Of a stretch of 64,000 nt of DNA, positions 38,837 through 49,015 are shown one piece after another. The stretch is taken from contig CAWEPK010000007.1 of the NCBI GenBank assembly GCA_963810935.1, forward strand, positions 32,001 to 96,000. Reading direction: 5' to 3'. A program made the translations under genes and the position numbers. The notes beneath the pieces were generated by a model that did no database searches, was not told the DNA's origin, and saw only the letters and a program-made list of their open reading frames with translations. The DNA comes from an uncultured delta proteobacterium. GTDB lineage: Bacteria > Desulfobacterota > Syntrophorhabdia > Syntrophorhabdales > WCHB1-27. Each line of letters begins with the position of its first letter. Position 1 is the first letter of the stretch.

Positions 38837-39403
38837 ATGGACGTTTTGAGGCCTTCGGCAGGCCTTGGGGAAGACTTTGCCGGCGAAGTCAGGAAAGAGA
38901 CTTCTCAGGACGTATCCGTCTGTTACCAGTGCGGCAACTGCACGGCAGGGTGCCCGTACACCGAATTCTTCGATTTTCCCGTAAACCAGATAATACACCT
39001 TATCCAGATGGGCATGAGAGACGTTGCGCTCTCTTCCAGGGCCATATGGCTTTGCGCCACGTGCGAGACGTGCACCACGAGGTGCCCGTGCGAGATCGAC
39101 GTCGCGCATATAATGGACAGCCTGCGGGCCACCGCCTTGAGGGAAGGGAAACGGACGGAGAAGGATATCAAGACTTTCTACGAATCCTTCCTGTCGTCCA
39201 TGAAAAGCCACGGCCGTATTTTCGAGGCGGGCATCCTGATGCGCTACAACCTCGTTTCGGGGCACCCCTTCACGGACGCGGACCTCGCTCCCCAGGTCAT
39301 GAAAAAAGGGTTGATCCACTTCCTGCCCAAGAATATAAAGGGCCGTGAGGAAGTGGCGAAGATTTTCAGGAAGTTCGCCGAAAAAAGGGCACGATCGCTA
39401 TGA
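38837..39403 (+). CDS. hdrC: Heterodisulfide reductase subunit C
   Basis: CYQCGNCTAGCP and IWLCATCETCTTRCP. Confidence 0.92.
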   Translation: MDVLRPSAGLGEDFAGEVRKETSQDVSVCYQCGNCTAGCPYTEFFDFPVNQIIHLIQMGMRDVALSSRAIWLCATCETCTTRCPCEIDVAHIMDSLRATALREGKRTEKDIKTFYESFLSSMKSHGRIFEAGILMRYNLVSGHPFTDADLAPQVMKKGLIHFLPKNIKGREEVAKIFRKFAEKRARSL

Positions 39404-40314
39404 AAGAATATGCCTACTACCAGGGTTGCTCGCTGGAAGGGACGGCGGCGGCCTACGATACGTCGATCAGGCTCGTCATGAAAAGCCTCGGCGTGAACCT
39501 TGCCGAGCCTGAGGACTGGAGCTGCTGCGGCTCGACGCCGGCCCATGCCGTAGACCGCCTGCTGGCCGGTGCGCTGGCCGCCCGCAACCTCGCCATAGTC
39601 GAGCGCATGGGCAGCCGGACCCTGCTTACGCCGTGCCCCTCCTGCCTTTCCGCATTCAAGAAGACGCAGCACGCGATGGCCGGCGACAAGGCCTTCAAAG
39701 AGGAAGTCAACGGGCTGCTCGACAGCCCTTACGATTGCACGGTGACGGCCAAGTCGGCCCTCCAGGTGCTTTACGAAGACCTGGGATTGGAAGAGATAGC
39801 GCGGCCGGTCAAGCTTGCGCTGCCGGGCCTGCGGGTTGCACCTTATTACGGCTGCATACTCAACAGGCCGCCGAAGGTCGCCGCCTTCGACGACCCGGAA
39901 AACCCCGTCTCGATGGACCGCATCCTCAGTGCCGTCGGGGTGGATGTCGCAGATTTCGCTTTCAAGCTGGAGTGCTGCGGCGCGGCTTTCGGCGTGCCTA
40001 AGAAGGAGATGGTGCTCAAGCTCACGGCGAAAGTCCTTTCGATGGCGCTCGACGCAGGGGCGAACTGCATAGCCGTGGCCTGCCCCCTGTGCCAGCAAAA
40101 CCTCGACCTGCGGCAGTCGCAGGTCAACAAGGCGCTCGGCGAGTCCTTTTCGATCCCGGTCCTTTACTTTTCGCAGATAATGGCCCTCACCTACGGATAC
40201 ACGTCGGAGGAGGCGGGGCTGACGAAGAATATCGTGAGTGCCGACGGCGTGATTGCGGACCGCCGGCCGGTAGAAGAGAAGCCGATTACTGAACCAGGGA
40301 GAGCCGCGAAATGA
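39400..40314 (+). CDS. hdrB: Heterodisulfide reductase subunit B
   Basis: YYQGC, WSCCG, YYGC, ECCG and ACPLCQQNLD (two CCG domains). Confidence 0.92.
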   Translation: MKEYAYYQGCSLEGTAAAYDTSIRLVMKSLGVNLAEPEDWSCCGSTPAHAVDRLLAGALAARNLAIVERMGSRTLLTPCPSCLSAFKKTQHAMAGDKAFKEEVNGLLDSPYDCTVTAKSALQVLYEDLGLEEIARPVKLALPGLRVAPYYGCILNRPPKVAAFDDPENPVSMDRILSAVGVDVADFAFKLECCGAAFGVPKKEMVLKLTAKVLSMALDAGANCIAVACPLCQQNLDLRQSQVNKALGESFSIPVLYFSQIMALTYGYTSEEAGLTKNIVSADGVIADRRPVEEKPITEPGRAAK

Positions 40315-42268
40315 GAGTAGGTGTATTCATCTGCCATTGCGGCAACAATATCGCCGGGACGGTCGACGTGGCCCGAGTGGCCGAGGAGACCCGCAAGCTG
40401 CCGGGTGTCGTCTACGCGACGGATTACATGTACACGTGCTCGGAGCCGGGCCAGGACGAGATCAAGAAGGCCATAACGGAACGGGGGCTCAACAGGGTCG
40501 TCGTGGCTGCCTGCTCGCCGCGCATGCACGAGCTGACGTTCAGGCGCACCGTCGAGAAAGCGGGGCTTAACCGTTATTTCTTCGAGATGGCGAACATCAG
40601 GGAGCACTGCTCCTGGATAGGCGAGGACAAAGAGCTGAACACGGCCAAGGCCATAGAGGCCGTCCGCATGGCCGTCGCCAAGGTAATGCTCGACAAGCCG
40701 CTCCATTCGTCGTCGTTCCCCGCGAAGAAGAGGGTGCTCGTGATAGGCGCGGGGGTCGCAGGCATGCAGGCTGCGCTCGACTGCGCGGACGGCGGGATAG
40801 AGACGGTCATCGTCGAGAAGAGCCCGAGCGTCGGCGGCATGATGGCGCGCCTCGACAAGACGTTCCCTACTATCGACTGCTCCATCTGCATCCTCGGTCC
40901 CAAGATGGTCGATGTCGCCCAGCACGAGCTTATCACGCTGCACGCCTATTCCGAGATAGAAGACATCAAGGGATACGTGGGCAACTATACGGTGAATATC
41001 CGCAAGAAGGCGACCTACGTCGATTGGACGAAGTGCACGGGCTGCGGCGAGTGCATGGAGAAGTGCCCCGGAAAGAACGCCTACGATGTTTTTAACTACG
41101 GCGTTGCGCCGACGAAGGCGATAAACATCCCCTTCCCGCAGGCGATCCCGAAGAAGGCGAAGATCGACCCGAATACTGCCGGCAGTTTGTTAAAGGCAAG
41201 TGCGGCGTCTGCGCGAAGGTCTGCCCGACCAAGGCCATCGACTACGAGATGGAAGATCAGATCGTCACGGAAGAGGTGGGTGCCATCGTCGTCGCGTCCG
41301 GCTACGGCCTCCTCGACATCGAGAAGCTTACCGAGTACGGCGGCGGGCGGTACAAGGACGTGATCACGGGCATACAGTACGAGCGGCTGCTCAACGCCTC
41401 CGGCCCGACGCAGGGGCACATACAGAGGCCGTCGGACGGCGAGGAGCCGAAGACGGTCGTCTTCGTCTCCTGCGCGGGGTCGCGCGACAAGTCGATAGGC
41501 GTCCCGTACTGTTCGAACTTCTGCTGCATGTACACCGCCAAGCAGGCGATACTGACGAAAGACCACATCCCTCATTCCCAGTCGTACGTCTTCTATATGG
41601 ACGTGCGCGCGCCGGGGAAGGGCTACGACGAGTTCACCCGCCGCGCGCAGGAAGAGTACGGGGTGCGCTACATACGCGGGCGCGTCTCCCGGATCTACCC
41701 GAAGGGAAAAAAGATGGTCGTCAAAGGGGCGGATACGCTCCTCGGCGCGCAGGTGGAGATCGAGGCGGACCTCGTCGTCCTGGCGACTGCGGCGATTGCC
41801 GCGCCGGGGGCGGCCGCACTGGCGGAGAAGCTCCACATATCCTACGACACGAACGGCTTCTATGTAGAGAGCCACCCGAAGCTGCGGCCCGTTGAGACGA
41901 ACACCGCCGGGGTATTTCTGGCAGGGGCCGCGCAGGGGCCGAAGGACATACCGGCATCCGTCGGCCAGGGCAGCGCCGCTGCCGCAAAGGTGCTCTCGCT
42001 CCTTTCGAAAGACATGATCGATTCGGACCCCGTCATATCGACCGTCAACACAAACGCCTGTGTGGGCTGTCTGAAGTGCGTAAGCACGTGCCCGTTCCAG
42101 GCGATCAAGGAAACGACCGTCAGGGGTAAGACCGTCGCTTCGGTCATAGAGACGGTCTGCGCCGGGTGCGGCGTCTGCACGTCTACATGCCCGTGCGGGG
42201 CGATACAGCTTTCCCATTTTACGGATAATCAGCTCCTGGCCGAGGTGAACACCCTATGCAGGATGTAA
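40311..42268 (+). CDS. hdrA: Heterodisulfide reductase subunit A, -1 frameshift near 41170
   Basis: GVFICHCG, AACSP, ANIREHC and FPTIDCSICI; adding one base restores IDPEYCRQFVKGKCGVCAKVCP, continuing into CAGSRD and GPKDIP. Confidence 0.9.
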
Positions 42269-43706
42269 AGGCAGGAACACTCAGAATAGTCGGCTTTTTG
42301 TGCAACTGGTGCTCTTACGGCGGCGCCGACACTGCGGGTGTCTCCCGTTTCAGGCAGCCGACGGACCTGCGCATAATCAGGGTGCCATGCTCCGGCAGGG
42401 TCGATCCGCTGTTCGTTGTGCGGACGCTTTTATCCGGCGCGGACGGCGTACTCGTCTCCGGCTGCCATCCGCGTGATTGCCATTACTCGGACGGCAATTT
42501 CTACGCGCGCAGGCGGCTCGAGATGCTTAAACAGTTCCTCCCGTTCATCGGCATAGACGGCCGCAGGTTCCATTATACCTGGGTCTCGGCATCCGAAGGC
42601 CAGAGGTGGCAGCAGACAGTCACCCAGTTCACAAAGCAGATACACGAGCTTGGCCCGGCGGCGGATGATGCGGAAAAGGCAGCGGCGGCAACGCCGGGCG
42701 TAATACCGCGGGCAGCAGGCGCGGCAGGGGTGAGCGTCCCGTCGAAAGAACAGGTCGAGGCGCTCAAAAAAGCCGCAGCGGATGCGCTCTCCACTGTCGA
42801 TGTGGTTGTCGGCTGGAAACAGGGCTTCGACCCGCTGCATGTCGAGCCGTGCTTCATCGAGAAGCCGGAGCAGGTAGAGCAGCTTGTTTTCTCGCCCCTG
42901 TGCGAGCAGAACCTCGCGCCGTATCTGACGCGCCTGAAAGGTAAGAAAGTCGGCGTCATCGTCAAGGGCTGCGATTCCAGGACCGTCGTCCAGCTCCTTC
43001 AGGAAGGGCTGATAGCGAGAGATAACGTCTACGTGATCGGCATCCCCTGCACGGGGACCGTCAGCGTGAAGAAGGCCGCGGCGGCGGCAGGCGGCGAAAA
43101 GATAGACTCGGTTTCCTTCGAGAATGATGCTTTAAAAGTCGGGACCGCGAGCGGCGAAAAACGCATCAGCCTTGCCGATATCGTGCGCGACAAGTGCGCA
43201 CCCTGCAAATATCCCGCACCGCTGATCCACGACGTGGTCGTCGGTGAGCCCGCTAAGGCGGCTGCCGGTAGTGATGCGTCCGGGTACGACGACATCGCGG
43301 CCATCGAGGCAATGACTTTGCCTGAGCGCCGGGCATACTGGGAAAAGGCGCTTGGCCGGTGCGTCCGCTGCTACGCCTGCCGCAACGCCTGCCCGCTGTG
43401 CGTTTGCGAGGAATCGTGCATCGCCGAGACGCGCGACCCGCACTGGATGACGCAGGAGTCACGCCCGCCGAGAAGTCGATGTTCCACATGGTGCACGCCC
43501 TCCACACGGCCGGCCGCTGCACAGAATGCGGCGAGTGCGAGCGCGCCTGTCCCATGGGCGTCCCTCTGATGAAGCTGAAAAAGAAAATCAACAAGGAAAT
43601 GCTCGACCTGTTCGGCTACACCGCGGGCGTCAAGTGCGACGACAAACCGCCCCTTTACACTTTCAAGGTGGACGAAGAACGGATAGAGGAGCACAAGCTT
43701 TCATGA
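42256..43706 (+). CDS. flxDC: Fused FlxD (MvhD-like [2Fe-2S]) - FlxC (4Fe-4S) protein, -1 frameshift near 43458
   Basis: FLCNWCSYGGAD, RVPCSGR and GCHPRDCHY; then KGCDSR, CVRCYACRNACPLC; AGRCTECGECERACP after the frameshift. Confidence 0.85.
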
Positions 43707-44725
43707 TGAAGGCGGCCTATATACCAAAAGAAGGATGGAAGGAATTCGTTGCCGGGATCGCGAATCGTGCAGAGGTTTACGCACCGTGCAGGGACGGGGA
43801 GACGGTAGCTTTCCGGCGCATCGGCGCAGGCCAGGAGCCCTGTCTCGACGAGCCGGCAGCGGCCGCGCCCAAAGGCGTTATCTATCCGCAAAGCCATTCC
43901 CTTTTTACCTTTGATTTCAAAAAAGACCCCGCCGCGCCGGACAAAACGGCCATCGAATTGTCCGCGCCGACGGATGCGCCGGACGCCGTCGTTCTCTGCG
44001 GCCGCCCGTGCGACGCAAAAGGCTTCACGATCCTCGACCGCGTCTTTTTGGGCGTCGATCCCTATTACACTGCGCGCCGCGAGAAGACGACGCTTGTCAC
44101 CCTCGCATGCAACGGACCGTATACCGGCTGTTTCTGCACGTCAGTAGGCGGTGGCCCTGCTGAAGGGGCTGGCTCCGATGTCATTCTGACGGATTTGGGC
44201 CACGGCTACTACGTCGAGGCGTTGACCGAAAAAGGCGCAAACGCGATAGAAGGCGCTGCCCTCAAAGACGGCGCGCCTTATGAGAAGGAAGCCGGGGAGC
44301 GGAAAGCAGCCGCGACGCAGGCGGTAAAGCAGGTGTTTTCCTCAGCAGCAAAACCGGCCGAAGGCTCTGACGCGTACTGGGACGAGGTCTCGCAGAAATG
44401 CATTGCCTGCGGCGCATGCACGTACCTTTGCCCCACGTGCTACTGCTTCAACATCACGGACGAGCAGGCGGTCGGCTCCGGCGGAAGGCGGTTGAGGAGC
44501 TGGGATTCATGCATGTTCGCCCACTTCACTAAAGAGGCGAGCGGCCACAACCCCCGCGCCCAAAAATCGAAACGGCTGCGCAACAGGGTGGCCCACAAGT
44601 TCACCCATTATCCCGAAAAATACGGCGAGCCGGGCTGCACAGGCTGCGGACGCTGCATACGCCTCTGCCCGGTCTCTATGGAGATAAGCGAGATAGTGGC
44701 GACCCTTACTGCCGCAAGCGCCTGA
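43703..44725 (+). CDS. flxB: FlxB (AsrA-like 4Fe-4S protein)
   Basis: RPCD, CFCTS, CIACGACTYLCPTCYCF, WDSC and CTGCGRCIRLCP; start overlaps the flxDC stop. Confidence 0.88.
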   Translation: MMKAAYIPKEGWKEFVAGIANRAEVYAPCRDGETVAFRRIGAGQEPCLDEPAAAAPKGVIYPQSHSLFTFDFKKDPAAPDKTAIELSAPTDAPDAVVLCGRPCDAKGFTILDRVFLGVDPYYTARREKTTLVTLACNGPYTGCFCTSVGGGPAEGAGSDVILTDLGHGYYVEALTEKGANAIEGAALKDGAPYEKEAGERKAAATQAVKQVFSSAAKPAEGSDAYWDEVSQKCIACGACTYLCPTCYCFNITDEQAVGSGGRRLRSWDSCMFAHFTKEASGHNPRAQKSKRLRNRVAHKFTHYPEKYGEPGCTGCGRCIRLCPVSMEISEIVATLTAASA

Positions 44726-44733
44726 GGAGGACC

Positions 44734-45567
44734 ATGGCCGCAAGCAACCCCTACCTGCCCGACCTCGCAACCGTGATAGAGGTCATAGAAGAGACGCCCA
44801 ATATCAGGTCGTTCAAGGTGCTCCTTAACGATGCGGGGAAGATGAGCAGCTTTGCCTTCGAGCCCGGCCAGGTCGCCCAGCTTTCCGTCTTCGGCGTCGG
44901 CGAATCGACCTTCGTCATAAACTCTCCGCCCACCCGCAGGGAATTTCTTCAGTTGAGCGTGATGAAGGCAGGCGAGGTAACCGCCGCGATCCACGATCTG
45001 GCGGCCGGGGACCAGGTGGGCGTGCGCGCACCGCTTGGCAACTGGTTCCCCTACGAGCAGATGAAGGGCAAAAAAATCCTATTCATCGGCGGCGGGATCG
45101 GCCTTGCCCCGCTGCGGACACTGATACTCTTCATGCTCGACAACCGCGCCGACTACGGCGACATCTCGATCATTTACGGCAGCCGCAGCTACCCGGACCT
45201 TTGCTACAAGACCGACCTGGAGGACTGGGGCAAGCGCGGCGACGTCAACCTTATCCTCACCGTCGATGCAGGGTCGCCGGGCGCTCCCATACGGGAAGGG
45301 TTCGTGCCGGCTGTCCTCGCCGACGTGGCCCCAAAGCCGGAAGACACGATAGCCATAACCTGCGGCCCGCCGATCATGATCAAGTACGTCCTCGAAAACC
45401 TGGTCAAGCTGGGGTTCAAAGACGAGCAGATCGTGACGACCCTGGAGGCGCGCATGAAGTGCGGCATCGGCCTGTGCGGCAGGTGCAACATAGGCGGGCA
45501 GTATATATGCAAAGACGGCCCGGTGTTTACGTTATCTCAGTTAAAAGCGTTAAATTTCGAGATCTAG
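44734..45567 (+). CDS. flxA: FlxA (AsrB/PyrK-like FAD/NAD-binding [2Fe-2S] subunit)
   Basis: FEPGQ, GGGIGLAPLR, CGPPIM and MKCGIGLCGRC...CKDGPV. Confidence 0.9.
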   Translation: MAASNPYLPDLATVIEVIEETPNIRSFKVLLNDAGKMSSFAFEPGQVAQLSVFGVGESTFVINSPPTRREFLQLSVMKAGEVTAAIHDLAAGDQVGVRAPLGNWFPYEQMKGKKILFIGGGIGLAPLRTLILFMLDNRADYGDISIIYGSRSYPDLCYKTDLEDWGKRGDVNLILTVDAGSPGAPIREGFVPAVLADVAPKPEDTIAITCGPPIMIKYVLENLVKLGFKDEQIVTTLEARMKCGIGLCGRCNIGGQYICKDGPVFTLSQLKALNFEI

Positions 45568-45575
45568 GGTAGGCC

Positions 45576-45697
45576 GGCCGGGATCTTCTCGCGCCTTTCA
45601 CCTGTCTCTCCGGGCCGCACGTCCTCACGTACAGAAAACGTACGCTCCGGGCGGCGGCTCCTCGATCACGGTGAAATTCATCGAGAATCTCCCGGCC
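45576..45697. repeat. Long imperfect-palindrome element, copy 1 (MITE/REP-like)
   Basis: GGCCGGGA...TCCCGGCC termini, nested stems, apical TCCTCACGTAC...GTACGCTC. Confidence 0.7.
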
Positions 45698-45746
45698 TTG
45701 AGTTTACTGCCGCTTCAGGTTTATATTCATGCCGGAATATTAGCCG

Positions 45747-46046
45747 ATGGGAATAGAGATCACCAAGATAGCCACCGACGTATCCGACAACGGTTCCATC
45801 ATCACAACAACCTACAAGGTAGTCGACGACGGCAGGGAATTTCTGTTGGCCTATACCTCCTGCGCTCATTTCAAAAGCGTATCTCCGGCAGGAGAGAAGG
45901 GCATTCTTTACGTTGACGCAGACGACAACAAGGTCCACAAGCAGGTAGTAGCGCCGGGCGGCGCCTGCGCCCTGGTATGGGACGATGAGGTAGTAGAAGG
46001 GCTGTCGCCAGCGGCGCTAAGGGGTGTGATAGAAGCGGCGGTTTGA
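45747..46046 (+). CDS. Hypothetical protein, 99 aa
   Basis: Coding-like codon usage, fills the space between the two palindromic elements; no recognised motif. Confidence 0.65.
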   Translation: MGIEITKIATDVSDNGSIITTTYKVVDDGREFLLAYTSCAHFKSVSPAGEKGILYVDADDNKVHKQVVAPGGACALVWDDEVVEGLSPAALRGVIEAAV

Positions 46047-46051
46047 GGGGT

Positions 46052-46176
46052 GGGGCCGGGAGCTTTCTGCGCCCTTCGCGCCGTTTTTCAGGCGCGGCTC
46101 CTCACATACACAAAAAGTATGCTCGTCGCGCGCCGTCGAAAAACAACGCGAATTGCATCGAAAACCTCCCGGCCCC
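46052..46176. repeat. Long imperfect-palindrome element, copy 2
   Basis: GGGGCCGGGAG...CTCCCGGCCCC termini, apical TCCTCACATAC...GTATGCTC; colinear with copy 1. Confidence 0.7.
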
Positions 46177-46285
46177 ATTTGTGGTAATGATGCGCACAGC
46201 GGGCATTTGCATCAGTTGCCCCCGTCTGAGGTAAGACACAACATGCCCCGTTAGCGGCGGCGGCCGGGGGCGCGAGAAATAGCAG

Positions 46286-47395
46286 TTATAAAAGAAATCT
46301 TGCTGCCAGGCCGACCGCGTACGTGAGCACGCAGGTTCCCATGATTATGATAATGTTGTGCACGATGTTCGACCAAATGCTCCTTCCGGCCAGGACGGCT
46401 GCGAAGAACCCCGCAACAGATATGCTGGTTGCCGCAAGGACAAAGGCAACTACGGCCGGAACCGACGGATTTACCCCACATAAAGAGGCCACAAAGAAAG
46501 GGGCTAAGATCGGTATGGCCCCTATAATGAAGAATATGGCGGTGATCTTCAGGGAGTCTCCTGGATGGGGCATGTCTACGCCTGTCCGGATTGTCCTGAC
46601 CAGGCTCGAAAGGATTACATTGTCGCCACCCACGAGGTCCATGATGAGCTTTACGGTCTCGTCGCCGATTCCTCTTTCGTTAAGATCAAGCTCTAGTTCC
46701 CTGCGCAGCACGGCAGGGGTGACCTCTGTTTTTATGTTCAGCTCTTTTTCCCTTCCCATGTGAAGATCGTGATGACCCTTGGCCCCTATATATGATACCG
46801 ATGTCTCGGCTATCATGCCGCCAACCATACCGATCACTCCGGTCAGTCCTATGACGAGCGTCCTTGCATGGGCGGCGACGAGTCCGATGACCAATCCGAG
46901 GGTCTCTATGATGCCGGCCGTCATCCCCGGTATTGCTTCCTTTAGGTTCGCTATGTAGACCCTTCTGTCCGCGATTTGCTCCATCATGTGCCACTCGTGG
47001 CCTATCTCCTGTCTTATCACGTTCATGATGATCGTGCGGGCTTGATCGTTATCTCTGTAGACATCAAGAAGCTGGGCGTAATCGAGGATCGCTTTCTTTT
47101 CGCCGTGTTCGAGGTAATGGATGAATATCGTGAGGGGGAGGAGAAGCGAAATGAGCTTCGCCCACGCTATCCTCCATTTCACTATGCGGGATACCCGGAA
47201 CGAGACGCCATGGATGCGCTCTGACAGGCCGCTCCACACGTTCGCATGGCCCCGCTCCATTCTTGCTATTTCCAGGATGGCCCTTTTGCGGTCGTCATCT
47301 TTGTACCGCCCGGCGAGAAAACGGTACAGGCTTTCGGCCGTTATCTCCGACAGCCAGAACGCCCGGAGCAGGGCCTGATTGTTGCGGGTGTCCAT
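46286..47395 (-). CDS. Ferritin-like domain + VIT1/CCC1 membrane domain protein (MbfA-like architecture)
   Basis: N-terminal ExxH motifs (ERGH, EIGH); C-terminal hydrophobic VIT-like region (FFIIGAIPILAPF). Confidence 0.75.
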   Translation of the reverse strand: MDTRNNQALLRAFWLSEITAESLYRFLAGRYKDDDRKRAILEIARMERGHANVWSGLSERIHGVSFRVSRIVKWRIAWAKLISLLLPLTIFIHYLEHGEKKAILDYAQLLDVYRDNDQARTIIMNVIRQEIGHEWHMMEQIADRRVYIANLKEAIPGMTAGIIETLGLVIGLVAAHARTLVIGLTGVIGMVGGMIAETSVSYIGAKGHHDLHMGREKELNIKTEVTPAVLRRELELDLNERGIGDETVKLIMDLVGGDNVILSSLVRTIRTGVDMPHPGDSLKITAIFFIIGAIPILAPFFVASLCGVNPSVPAVVAFVLAATSISVAGFFAAVLAGRSIWSNIVHNIIIIMGTCVLTYAVGLAARFLL

Positions 47396-47485
47396 AGTGC
47401 GCCTCTACACCCTGTCATACCGGGCGATGCGATAAGACTGGGTCCGGAAAGGGGCAGCGGGCCGCCGCTCCGCCGCCCCGCCAGT

Positions 47486-48061
47486 CTAGTAGTTCTCCCC
47501 CAGCAGCTCGTAATGCGCTTGTGGATGTGCACAGGCCGGGCAGGTGTCCGGGGCTTCCGGACCTTCGTGTACGTAGCCGCAGTTCCTGCATCTCCACTTC
47601 ACTTTGCCGTCCCTCTTGAAGACCTTATTCTTCTTGATGTTTTCTAAGAGGGCTAAGTACCGTTTTTCGTGAGACGTTTCGGCGATTGCTATCATCCTGA
47701 AGACCTTCGCGATTTCGGGGAAACCTTCCTTGTCCGCTACGTCCGCGAAATCGGGATAGATGGTGCCCCACTCCATGCGCTCCCCGGCCGCCGCTTCTTC
47801 GAGGTTTTGCGCGGTAGTCCCCACGACGCCTGCGGGGAAGGTCGCGTTGATCGTAACGTCGCCACCTTCCAGGAAGGAGAAAAACCTTTTGGCGTGCTCC
47901 TTCTCGTTGTCGGCCGTGTCGGCAAAAATCCAGGAGATCTGCTCGTATCCTTCTTTCTTCGCCTGCGAGGAGAAATAGGTGTACCTGTTCCTCGCCTGCG
48001 ATTCTCCCGCGAATGCCTGTAATAAGTTCTTCTCCGTCTGTGTTCCTTTCAAGCTTGCCAT
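47486..48061 (-). CDS. rbr: Rubrerythrin
   Basis: AFAGESQARNRY, NEKEHAKRFF and WRCRNCGY...CPACAHP. Confidence 0.95.
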   Translation of the reverse strand: MASLKGTQTEKNLLQAFAGESQARNRYTYFSSQAKKEGYEQISWIFADTADNEKEHAKRFFSFLEGGDVTINATFPAGVVGTTAQNLEEAAAGERMEWGTIYPDFADVADKEGFPEIAKVFRMIAIAETSHEKRYLALLENIKKNKVFKRDGKVKWRCRNCGYVHEGPEAPDTCPACAHPQAHYELLGENY

Positions 48062-48077
48062 ATCGTGCCTCCCTTTA

Positions 48078-48551
48078 TTATTCTCTTATTGAGCGTTTCT
48101 TTTTCGACCTGCTGTTTTGTTTATCCCGGCACTCCCGGCAGTACCCGTAATATTCAAGCCTGCCGCCCGTTATCGTGAAGCCGGTTTTTTCGGTCACGTC
48201 CTCCCGGTTGGCGGCAACCGGCGGCCGGTAGTCCGTTATGCTTCCGCACCGTCCGCAGATCAGGTTTACGTGCTCTTCCGGGTCCGCCTCGTAGCGGTTC
48301 TCCATCCTGTCGAACTGGAGGGCCTTGATTACACCGAGCCTGGAAAGTGCGTCAAGGGTGGCGTAAACGGTTGAAAGGCTCACGCCCTTCCTCTTTTTTC
48401 TTGCCTCCCTGTAGATCAGGGTGGGTCCGGGGTGAAGCAGCCTCTTCTCGATAAGGACATCGATAACGGCGAGTCTCTGGGAAGTGGTTTTCAGCCCCCC
48501 TTGCCTGAGCCGCCCTATTATCGATTCCCTCGTCAGTAGAGGTCCCAACAT
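48078..48551 (-). CDS. perR: Fur-family regulator, probably PerR
   Basis: GLKTTSQRLAV, VSLSTVYATL, HVNLICGRCG and GYCRECR; directly upstream of rbr. Confidence 0.8.
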   Translation of the reverse strand: MLGPLLTRESIIGRLRQGGLKTTSQRLAVIDVLIEKRLLHPGPTLIYREARKKRKGVSLSTVYATLDALSRLGVIKALQFDRMENRYEADPEEHVNLICGRCGSITDYRPPVAANREDVTEKTGFTITGGRLEYYGYCRECRDKQNSRSKKKRSIRE

Positions 48552-48587
48552 GCGCGCCTCCGCGTGGCTTGCTGCCCTAATTTTGCT

Positions 48588-48606
48588 ATTCGGAATCGTT
48601 CCTATT
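48588..48606. promoter_or_regulatory. PerR-box-like 19-bp dyad
   Basis: ATTCGGAATCGTTCCTATT, an imperfect 9-1-9 dyad upstream of perR-rbr. Confidence 0.55.
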
Positions 48607-49015
48607 CCAGATATAATCGTCCGGCCCGTCTCTGTCAAGCTTCGCCGTGAATAAAATAGCCCGTACCGGAGTCCGGTCCCTCTTTTTGCAACGCGTCCCC
48701 CGCTGCCTTTTTCGGGTTTTATCCGGTTTGCCGTTAAGTGCCCGGCCCTATCTTCCGATAATGGAGCATGAGCGCAGGCAGCGGGGCCGAGCAGTGCGGC
48801 CTAGCCGGCGGGTGCGAAGCAGCCGGCCAAGCGGAGCCAAACATGGCAAGCGAAGGCAATGTAAGGAGACGGTAATTGAGACAGATGTCCCGAATTTCCG
48901 TCATTTGGTGGTTTTTTGAGCGATTAGCATTGACAGACGACAATCGTCAAATGTTATGAAACGCGATGAAGAGCATCGCGGTCTACATACATTGAAGCAA
49001 GGAGGAGATTGGATT

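Noticed and set aside
41160..41180. Programmed ribosomal frameshifting in hdrA or the other split genes
   Set aside because: No slippery heptamers; the indels are scattered over unrelated genes, consistent with sequencing error.
40311..43706. Selenocysteine read-through explaining the split hdrA and flxDC ORFs
   Set aside because: The breaks are frame changes, not in-frame TGA, and the usual Sec positions encode Cys.
45576..46176. Integron attC sites or CRISPR repeats
   Set aside because: No RYYYAAC/GTTRRRY boxes, no intI or cas genes, and no regularly spaced identical repeats anywhere in the window.
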